Of a stretch of 64,000 nt of DNA, positions 1 to 10,179 are shown piece after piece. The notes beneath the pieces were generated by a model, which had not been told where the DNA came from, searched no databases, and was given only the letters and a program-made list of their open reading frames with translations. The stretch is from Botryllus schlosseri (lineage: Eukaryota). The position numbers were made by a program, and so were the translations under genes. The stretch lies in NCBI GenBank assembly GCA_051294905.1, contig CM119379.1, positions 22,072,001 through 22,136,000 of the forward strand, written 5' to 3'. Each line of letters begins with the position of its first letter. Within the stretch, counting starts at the first letter, position 1.

Positions 1-748
1 CGATGGCTTGTTGACGATATGCCGTTAAGTGCATTCTAATTAGTGATTCTGAGAGTGACACCGCGAAACTGAATGACATCGAATGTTCGCAAAAATGTGC
101 GTGCGTGCAAGCATAATTGATTTCCGCTGATGATTAATTCGAAAAAAAATCGAAACCCCCTGATTTTATTTCAATCCCCCTACATTTTCGGCTGGCTGCG
201 TGCCTGATCACGTGAATTAGAGCGAGGTATCATTTCGGCATCAATTCCAGTATCATTTAGTCGTCCTTCTAGTACTCCAAACCTAAACATAAGGATGGTC
301 AAAAGGATGTAAAGCCGTTGAAGTTTCCGGCGTACGACCTGCCAACCTTTTGACTCTCTACGAAGCGCTGCTTTCTATTCAGCCCACTTCTGTGGAAGCT
401 GAAAAAGCATTCAATGAACGTGGACTCTTTGTTACAAAATTCCGGTCCCGGCTACAGGATCCCACAATTGATGCATCTGTGCTTTATAAAGAGGGCATTG
501 CAGAAGCAGTGAACATTAAATTTGCGTGGTTTTTCTCTTATTCGCTCATACTGCGCGCGTATGTAGGTAGGCCTACTCTACAATAACACTGTGTAATGAT
601 TTTGAGATCCGTTTTACATGCAGACCCAATGAAATCGATTGTCTCACTTAGCAGTTATTATCCGGTTAACCGGTTAGATAAATTCCAAAATATCCGGATA
701 TATCCGTTATCCGGATAGTGAAAATTATTGATATCCGAACTAACCCTA
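1..748 (+). mobile_element. Right part of a decayed hAT DNA transposon (left end probably outside the window)
   Basis: Contains the transposase remnant and clustered ATCCGG/CCGGAT subterminal motifs (660-740). It ends in ...AACCCTA at 748, the reverse complement of a TAGGG hAT terminus. Confidence 0.6.
310..500 (+). pseudogene. hAT transposase C-terminal dimerisation-domain remnant
   Basis: Translation VEVSGVRPANLLTLYEALLSIQPTSVEAEKAFNERGLFVTKFRSRLQDPTIDA matches the hAT dimerisation pattern (LL.I.PTSVE.ERAFS..G...TK.RSRL.D.T.DA). No long upstream ORF, so it is decayed. Confidence 0.8.
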
Positions 749-917
749 GCACTGATCCACCTAGAATCTGTCCTCCAAGTTTGAAATATCGGCATTGTTC
801 GAACAATCGGAGAGTCGCAACGGGTCATTGTTATGGCCATTGTGTTGCGGTTACACGATTGTTCTGAACAATGCCGATATTTCAGACTTGGAGGACAGAT
901 TCTAGGTGGATCAGTGC
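749..917. repeat. Hairpin/MITE-like inverted repeat, ~61-bp arms and ~46-bp spacer
   Basis: 749-809 (gcactgatccacctagaatctgtcctccaag...gaacaatcg) is the near-perfect reverse complement of 856-917. Confidence 0.9.
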
Positions 918-1676
918 CTGATCAATATTTTAATTTATATTTTCGGAATCGATGCAACAGTAGCTTTCGATCAAGACCAGAATCAGTTATTTCTGCGCTC
1001 GGGAAGATAGCTTTTGGATTGCCAGAAATCCTATAGTCGCTTGCGCAAAACAATTCTCCACTCCAGCCTCAGCGAAGCGGAACGACGATGCAAAATCGGT
1101 CGTTGCCGTTCCATGTTTAATTTCTATAGTATTACGGTGTATAGACAGTTGTTGTAAATCGCCGCGGACTGTCAATTATAGATACTTGTTTTGCAGCATC
1201 TAATCAAACGCTAGATGGCAAGAGGGTTTCACTAATGCAAGCAAAGAAAAAACGCCTTTGTGTATTTGGGAGGATTCCTGTTGATGGTGTTCGGCTGAAT
1301 TCATCACTGACCAGACTCGTCCTGTGATCTTATGACATGTGTAGCACGAACGCGCAGACATAGAACTTTACAATATCCATAAATGCGTAAGCGGAAAAGA
1401 TACGAAAATGGCCGTTCGATAGCATTTGGAAACTATAAACGAAAGTGCTACAGCCTGTACGATAGTTTAAGTTGAAGCTAGACTGCGAGTTTGGGTACTA
1501 TATTCATGGTTTTCTGCTCGACGTAAATAATGCCCGCGTTCCTGGATAGTTTGCTCACTGCCTTGATAAACAATCACCTCATTGTTGCATTCGTCACAAT
1601 TAAATTTATGAAAGCCGGATATACGAGGTAGATTTACGAGCAGAAATAAATAATCAGTTGGTTATCAGCTACTCAC

Positions 1677-1737
1677 CAACTTTAGCAAGAGCAATGAGGA
1701 TGAAAATCGCTTGATACGCTCGAAGGCACCGTAACAT
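1677..1737 (-). CDS. Candidate signal-peptide first exon of an unidentified gene
   Basis: ATG at 1737 reads MLRCLRAYQAIFILIALAKV(G) and is followed by a GTGAGT donor in phase 1. No downstream exon was identified. Confidence 0.3.
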
Positions 1738-2166
1738 CCCCTCCTTGTCGTGCATATCTATTTCAACACATCGAGTAATACTCCTTCATCCGTAGTACGT
1801 TTTTGAATTTCGGATTTGACTTTGTCGCGGTGTCATAGGCTATAGTCAATGCATCTCGGTTTCTATCATAATTTTATGATCTATGTAAACGCTTCCTTTT
1901 ATGACTTGTATGTAATAAAAACATTGCATGCGGATATGTAAGGTACCGAGTCACATATGAACACAAACCGAAACACAAATATTAGCGAGGAAAGTTTTTG
2001 AGATACTTGACGCTGCCCGTACCTGTTTGATGCTGGTGTGATCAGACTAGATGACCTTCACGGTCTTATCGATCATTCCTATCTAATACCGAATACTGTG
2101 CAAGCATATTTTCTGTACCACCATCACTGCCGTGTGTTATGTATTTTGGTTGGATGAAAATAAAGA

Positions 2167-2187
2167 CTCTCTCTCTCTCTCTCTCTC
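2167..2187. repeat. (CT)n microsatellite
   Basis: Perfect CT dinucleotide run. Confidence 0.95.
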
Positions 2188-4562
2188 GTGATAATCACAT
2201 CAGTAAAAACATTACAGTCAGGCACCATGCTACGGAAGAGAGTGATTAATATTTCTCTTTCATAAACTCAACTCCTGTTAGCAAGCGCTAACCGCAATGC
2301 TTCGTTGATATAGACATATCGGGCACATTAAAATGCTCCCCCTACGAAGAACAATTGCGACGTATGAGATATTCTATTTAGGCTACCGAAAGCTTCTAGT
2401 AATTACATAAGTGACCTCATCGCATATACATCGTTTGTTCTGCATGTATCTATGTTTCCAAAGACTCCAGTGGGCTTCATAGAGGATATGCGATGATGAA
2501 GCAGATCATGCGACACAGTTTGTTTTCGTTCCGACCAATGATAATACCGCGTATTGCGTCTTGGAGTGATGCTCTGAATGTATTTACCTTCCGGTTTCAC
2601 GTAGGCCTACGCAGGTCACATATGCATTGTATTTGGTGCGGACTGACACCTGACTTGATAACCACTCTATAATCTATTTACAATCGCCGATTTCAAAGAA
2701 TTTTCATTGTACTTTAGGAAGGTTATTGATGGGAAATGCCACCCTATTTCTCCCCATGTAGCATAGATCCCGCATTCTTATCAAATAGACTACGATACTT
2801 CCTTCGCCGTTTGCCAACCCCATAATTGTACTGTAGTGTCATTAGGAGTACTGTACTCCTAATACACATATAAAACTGCTTATGTTTGTTTATATCAATT
2901 TTATTAGGGGTTATCAATTCTCAAGGGACTCTTTAGTTGTTATGCTGAGCGTGCCCATTTTAAAGAAATCACTTCCCGCGGTTCTCGTGTTCGGCATAGC
3001 CCAATCATGTCGTAGCCGTAGCGCATTATATAACGCAGTCGATATTCTTGAGCGATGACTTGGTGACGAAACAGAAGCAGAATCCAGCCCCAACGACGGC
3101 GGTTTCGAATCGGTGCAAATGCGCTATGCTATGAGTCGCCAGAGTCGGTAGAGTCGATTGAATAATCGAATGACTCAGGTATGCATGCCATACATACATA
3201 CAAAAGGCGTGGTTCATCGCTTTTATATGCGAAGTTATGGTGTCAAATGGGCACATACATATATATACTCCTTTCGCACACCGGCCTACAGTAATTTTAC
3301 TTATATTGGTCGAGTCGGACATATCAACAAGCTGGTGTGGCTTCCTAAATTTTTGTCTGAGTCATAATGCTGTCCAGTTATCAACAATACGCAGAGCCTA
3401 GTCATCTTCCGCAATGGATTTTGGAAGGACAATTGCGCAATCGTCCTCATCCAAAGAAAGAACAAAACGAAGCGGGTTATAACAGTTATAGCCTATATAA
3501 ATTATAACATATGGATATTATAAAAATTATAATTAGAGACCGACCTATTATTATCAGTTCGCCGATAATATCGAGTCGATATCAGTTTTTGAAAGGAATA
3601 TCGGTATCGCCCATTAGAGGTAAAAATACCGGGAATTTTTGTAATGTCACAACATGGCTAGCATAGGATGTCAGAGAAGTAAAATATGCGACTGTTATAC
3701 TGGGAATACTGATCTATTTGTTATCGCTTACGGGCAGAAGCGGTCAAGTAGAAGTAACGTAACGTTTCTATGCAAATAGAAGTAGAAGTGGCGATTTCCA
3801 AGTATGTTAAAAAGTAATTATTTTATAGGCTTGATTTTACCTAAAAAACTAAAAACTATTAAATTACCGAGCAAAATCATAACCACTTGAGTAACTTGTG
3901 CATGTGCATGTAGGCTAAACCTACTCGAGTACTCTTATGAAGTACAAGTAGGCTATACATCGTTTCTGACCACCCCTACTAACAGGTGTCAAGATGAAGC
4001 CTTTGTAGTCAATTTCAAGTCCAAGCACAGCTGCAAAGCCGTTCAAGCAAATGTCCGAAGTTTTGGAAACGCGCGTTAAGATGGACCAGTGATTCCCAAC
4101 CGCGGCTCCAAAGTAACCTTCTTGCGGCTCTATTTGAACCTCTAAATATGCCATAAAAATATAATACACTACAGTTGTTATTGTTTCTATGAATAGTTAT
4201 AGTCAATGTATGTAAATGAATGCTAAAAAAGGGATATTGGTTATGTCTAAAGCCGCCCAAGGCCGCTTCCGTAAAAAAGAATTTTTGCAAACTGGCGTCA
4301 AACCAAGACAAGGATATATCTTGAGTTCTGCTGGTCAAAGGCAGACCTTTATATATCGTCTCTGTGAAGAGTACATCTTGACACACTTTTACTAACATCA
4401 AAATAACGGCTCATAGTTAGTATAAATTGCAATAAGTCCGATATTACTTAGCGTATAATCCTCCGAAAACCTGTGCATGAAGTGCCGGAATCACGTGGAA
4501 TGTATGAGGAGCAATCACATAACGACATAATAGTATGTTGTAGTAATGGTATGCATTTTCAG

Positions 4563-7500
4563 ACTGCTGTCATCTGGGCCGAATACTTGTATGAAATTTC
4601 CAAACCGGAAAAAAGATATGACCTACCATTACCATTTTTAACGAATTACCTCCGGGAGGATGAGTTAATACCTTTTCTGGATTCAATAGTGGTATAAATT
4701 ACATAACAATATGAAATAGCTTATTTCCAGCTGCATAAGTACCAGTAAACGTCCACCAAAATTTCTGTGATGTGATCGCATTCGCAGCAATACACCATTG
4801 CTTCGATCAATTTGACCCTGCCAATATATCTTATCGGTAAGGTAACTTATACTTTGTTCCGGAAGATAAGTTATACCTTTTCTGAATCTAATAGTCATCT
4901 ATTTTACACCCAGACTAGAGACAACTCATTTCGGGGTACACAAGTTACTCTAAAATCCACCTTACCATGTCGTATTATCCCTACAAAGGCCAATTAACAT
5001 TCGTTTCACGCAACTCGACCATGCCAATATATGTTATCGATAGGGTACCTTAAATTTTGTTCCGGGAGATGAATTATACCTTTTCTGAATCTAATAGTCA
5101 TCCATGTTACACCCAGACTAGAGACAACTCATTTTGAGGTACACAAGTTACTCTAAAATCCACCTAAATATGTCGTATTATCGTTACAGAGGCCAATTCA
5201 CATTCATTTTACGCAATTTGTCCATGCCAATATATGTTATCGGTGGGGTAACTTAAACTTTGTTGCGGGAGATGAATTATACCTTTTCTGAATCTAATAG
5301 TCATCTATTTTACACCCAAACTAGAGACAGCTTATTTCGAGGTACACAAGTTACTCTAAAATCCACCTAAATATGTCGGATCTCATCGCTCCAAAGGGCA
5401 ATTCACAATTGCTTCACACGATTTCACCATGTCAATATATCTCATTGGTAGGGTAACTTATACTTTGTTCCGGAAGATAAGTTATACCTTTTCTGAATCT
5501 AATAGTCATCTATTTTACACCCAGACTAGAGACAACTCATTTCGAGGTACACAAGTTACTCTAAAATCCAGCTAAATATGTCGTATTATCGCTACAAAGG
5601 CCAATTAACATTCGTTTCACGCAACTCGACCATGCCAATATATGTTATCGGTAGGGTAACTTAAACTTTGTTCCGGGAGATGAATTATACCTTTTCTGAA
5701 TCTAATAGTCATCTATTTTACATCCAAACTAGAGACAGCTTATTTCGAGGTACACAAGTTACTCTAAAATACACCTAAATATGTCGGATCTGATCGCTAC
5801 AAAGGGCAATTCAAAATCGCTTCACACGATTCCACCATGTCAATATATCTCATCGGTAGGGTAACTTATACTTTCTTCCGGAAGATGAGTTATATTTTTC
5901 CTGAATACGCTTCGTTTTGTTACCCTACCAATAGGATATATGGACAAGGACATGGTAAAATCGTGTGAAGCGATTGTGCGATTGTGCATTGCCGCAGAAT
6001 ACGATTATATCACACACATTAACGTGAATTCTGCGGGTCGTTGTGTACCTTGAAATAAATTGTATCCAGTTTGGGTGTAAAATAGATGACTATTAGATTC
6101 AGAAAAGGTAAAACTCATTTTCCGGAATAAAGTATTAGTTTCCCTACCAATAAGACATATTGACATGGTGAAATCACGTGAAACGATTGTGAATAGCCTT
6201 CTGTAGCAATCAGATCCGACATATTTAGGTGGATTTTCCGGTTACTTGTGTACCTCAAATTAAGTTATCTTCAGTTTGGGTGTAAATTAGATGACTATTA
6301 GATTCAGAAAAGGTATAACCCATTTTCCAGAATAAAGTACAAGTTACCCTACCGATAAGATATATTGGCATGCATGGTAAAATCGTGTGCAGCGATTGTG
6401 CGTTGTTGCAAAATGCGACCAGATCCGACATATATAGGTAGGTTTTAAGGTTACTTGTGTACTTTGAAATAAGTTGTCTCTGATTTGGGTGTGAAGTACA
6501 GGACTGTTAGATTTAGAAAAAGTATATCTCATCTTCCGGAACAAAGTTTAAGTTACCCTACCGATAAGATATATGGACATGGTCAAATCACATGAAACGA
6601 TTGTGAATAGCCTTCTGTAGCAATCAGATCCGACATATTTAGGTGGCTTTTAGGGTTACTTGTGTACCTTGAATATAGTTGTCTCTGATTTGGGTGTGAA
6701 GAAGATGACTATTAGATTCGGAAAAGGTATAACTCAACTTTCGGAAGAAAGTATAAGTTTCCCTACCGACAAGATTTATTGACATGGTAAAATCGTGTGA
6801 AGCAATTGTGCATTGTCGCAAAATGCGATCACATCACATACAGTTAGGTGAATTTTGTGGACGCTTGTGTACCTTGAAATAAGTTGTATCCAGTTTGGGT
6901 GTAAAAGACATGACTATTAGATTCGGAAAATGTATTACTCATCTATCGGAACAAAGTATAAGTTACCCCACCGATAACATATATTGGCATGGACAAATTG
7001 CGTGAAACGAATGTTAATTGGCCTCTGTAGCGATAATACGACATATTTAGGTGGACTTTAGAGTAACTTGTGTACCTCGAAATGAGTTGTCTCTAGCCTG
7101 GGTGTAAAATAGATGACTATTAGATTCAGAAAAGGTATAATTCATCTCCCGGAACAAAATTTAAGTTACCCTACCAATAACATATATTGGCATGGTCGAG
7201 TTGCGTGAAACGAAGGTTAATTGGCCTTTGTAGCGATAATACGACATATTTAGGTGGATTTTAGGGTAACTTGTGTACCTCGAAATAAGCTGTCTCTAGT
7301 TTGGATGTAAAATAGATGGCTATTAGATTCAGAAAAGGTATAATTCATCTTCCGGAACAAAGTATAAGTTACCCTACCGATAAGATATATTGGCAGGGTC
7401 AAATTGATCGAAGCAATGGTGTATTGTTGCGAATGCGATCACATCACAGAAATTTTGGTGGACGTTTACTGGTACTTATGCAGCTGGAAATAAGCTATTT

Positions 7501-7651
7501 CATATTGTTTTATAATTTATACCACTATTGAATCCAGAAAAGGTATTAACTCATCCTCCCGGAGGTAATTCGTTAAAAATGGTAATGGTAGGTCATATCT
7601 TTTTTCCGGTTTGGAAATTTCATACAAGTATTCGGCCCAGATGACAGCAGT
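4563..7651. mobile_element. Foldback-type element with long modular inverted arms of ~203-bp tandem units and 8-bp TSD ATTTTCAG
   Basis: 4563-4820 is the near-identical reverse complement of 7394-7651. Left-arm units recur at 4821, 5024, 5227, 5432, 5635 and 5840; about 7 complete inverted units lie in the right arm; the arms meet near 5905-5915. ATTTTCAG occurs at 4555-4562 and 7652-7659. No transposase ORF. Confidence 0.92.
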
Positions 7652-8599
7652 ATTTTCAGTTCATTTCAATGCATAGCACTCGCCAATCTGCGTGTATCAA
7701 TGCTCAAAATAGCCTATATAGAAACTATAGAAGTCTATGTGCAATATGTCTATGTGCAATATGTGCATGTGCTGTGCATGATGCTTTTGAATTAGCCCGA
7801 TGGTGAGATCAGAGGTAGGTTAGCTACCGTTAAATTTTCGTTAAGTAGCCTACTTGATTGTTTTCATGCGGCTCCAGCTTCATGCGTACCCGGAAGATGG
7901 ACTCGACATGCTGCTCCGACATATAAAAAGGTCGGGAACTACTTCTAAACGGCTGAATATATATGGATTATCTGTGAAGGTGATAGATGTTGGCTTCATC
8001 AATGCATATTGCACAATTGTTGCGTATTAAATGAATTGCACCTCGCTATACTGATCGCATAAAACGTACACGTTTTATATCTTCAGGTCAGGGATATCTA
8101 TTAGGCTACAACTCTAGATATCCCTGCTTCAGGTTGGTTGGTTGAATTGTACTGTATTTTGATATGAAACGATGCAACAAATACTGCATGCAGTGTATTA
8201 AAATGTAACAAACACATATAGGGTTCAAATAGTCCGTAATTCTTCAAATACAATACTAAGCCAGACATCAAGGACTGAAACCCTATTTGCACTTGATAAA
8301 GCTACACCACAAAACAAGAGGAATTAAACGCAAAAAGCTTTTAGCCGAAGAGAAATTCATTTATCGAAAAGCTAGCAACGCTCTGAAGGCTGAATCCACA
8401 AATCAATGTTTTGGTGGCCGATACGCCGTTATATGAGCTCATTGACGATTGTTACTCCGTAGCTCGTCATTATTTCACCATAATCACCCATCTTGTCTTG
8501 AAACGAACGAAGTACTGTTTATTGTGTCATAATAACCTAACGATGAGAATTGCGAACGGGAGTATTTTACGTGCAATTTCTACTTTAAATAGGCTTTTC

Positions 8600-9250
8600 G
8601 AAGTACAGAACTTCAATATTGCAGCAAAAAATACGTTGATATTGCCAAATTTATTCCACTGGAAGCTTTTCGACTGGCTCTCTTCAGAAGTGAACGCCAG
8701 TAAAAGAGGTTAACCAAGTTCGAAAGATTAATAATTTTGTCGTTGTGACGTAATAATGACAAGTACACATAGTCGATTGCGGTACAGCACACAGATGTAA
8801 AACAGCCGAATGACAAAACAACTCTCATGGAAGATTCCCAGCGTGTAGAGATGTTCCTTTGAACTGCAGCTTTATGGTGGTTGATTCAAGGACCTTTAAA
8901 TGAAAAAGAGAACGAGACCACGAGCAACTATGGAATACTGATCGTTATTGTAATGTTTTGCACACTCTGGGTGTTTCAATAGGTGCTGTCTGATGGTATA
9001 ATTACATGCTGTTACTTGGTCATAATCACGCATGGTAACTATAGGTGTATAATATATGATGTGAACGGCGGTACCTACTTTTTGCCTTGATCTCGTAATG
9101 AAATGCCGAATTACAACTTGTTCAATGTTCGTACAACATACATACACTCCATACCAAGCATTACCTCTGGAATTAAGTGCCCAATAAACTGCTTTTTGGC
9201 GAAAATGCAGGTCAACCTTCCCCTATTTTATCTTCCTTATCCACAACATC
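8600..9250 (-). mobile_element. Penelope-like retroelement remnant (GIY-YIG endonuclease C-terminus plus terminal-repeat region)
   Basis: Minus-strand frameshifted translation TIRQHLLKHPECAKHYNNDQYSIVARG / RSLFHLKVLESTTIKLQ / KEHLYTLGIF, with a degraded YVVRT upstream. This resembles the PLE endonuclease end as I recall it (SAIGQHLL.NP.CA..Y....FSI...ARS.FHL.VLE...IK...KEFVY.L.LF). A hammerhead motif follows directly downstream. Confidence 0.75.
8655..8694 (-). ncRNA. Minimal type I hammerhead ribozyme motif
   Basis: Minus strand: uucacuu CUGAAGA GAgccagUC GAAA AGCU UC cagugga. Complete core, 2-bp stem II, palindromic stem III (AAGCUU), 6-bp stem I with a mismatch at the 1.1-2.1 position. 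Predicted cleavage between 8662 and 8661. Confidence 0.75.
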
Positions 9251-9274
9251 AGTCAGGCACAGATATAACGCATC

Positions 9275-9689
9275 TAGGGGTTGCATTTAAAACAAAAATC
9301 AATTTAAAACAAACATGTTTAAAACAAGGCCCTTATTTAAAATGTGTTTTTTATGTTTTTTTAAGCCATGGCGTCACGAATATTCAATTGTGGCGTCATA
9401 GTGCAGTGACATTGACAATTGAAAATATAGGGTAAAATAGATCTTTTGACGAAATATATGTACTATTGCTGTTGAACCGACTATCTTGAGGGTTACAAGT
9501 CTTACAACCATCCCATATCGATGTACGTCGGCTATATCGGGTGGTAATTGCCATAGGCTCATAAAACATGTTGTTTGTAAAGTATTTACACAATTATGGC
9601 ATAATTTTACAACTTAAAAAAAATTGCCCTTTTTTAAAGCACTGTTTAAAACATGTGTTAAAACACCGTTTGTTTTAAATGCAACCCTA
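9275..9689. mobile_element. hAT-like MITE (TAGGGGTTGCATTTAAAACAAA...TTTTAAATGCAACCCTA)
   Basis: Terminal inverted repeats with flanks AACGCATC / AATGCATC (7/8 TSD). A related copy lies at 26293-26860. Confidence 0.8.
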
Positions 9690-10179
9690 AATGCATCACT
9701 AATTACGCCACAAACCTCCTATATGAAGATAACAGCGTAAGTGTGAAAGTTTAAAATGCGAATATCTTAAAAACCTGACGTGCCAGCACAAAAATACAGG
9801 CATATTCCGAATCAGGGGAAAAACTCTATCAGAATCAAGGCGCGGAGCCTAAATAAACCTGCAACGCTTGGGAAGAGTTTCTTGAGTTGTGTGTTTCACT
9901 GCCCTTTTATGATAAATCATCTATATTCAGACGTTAGCGAAATTGTTACGCAGATCATATGGCGAGGAGCCTGGATAAACCTCCAACGCTTGGGAAGAGA
10001 TTCTTGAGTTGACCTCGGTCAGACGCGAACCCGCAATCTATTTGTGTTGCAGCTGTGGAAATGTACCAGTAGAGTACGCAATCTCGTCATAACGATCACG
10101 CCGTATATAAAAAAGACACCGATTGGCAGATCATTTTATTTCGTGTGTAAGCGCGCGCAACATAAAACAAACGCTTCTG

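Noticed and set aside
127-155. CTGATGA...CGAAA as another hammerhead
   Set aside because: No G-C closing pair for stem II and no stem III or stem I pairing.
4821-7393. Regular tandem array as a CRISPR array or coding repeat
   Set aside because: Units are ~203-bp whole-unit repeats with no unique spacers, in eukaryotic context. The near-identical ORFs 4683-4898 and 7316-7531 simply mirror the inverted arms.
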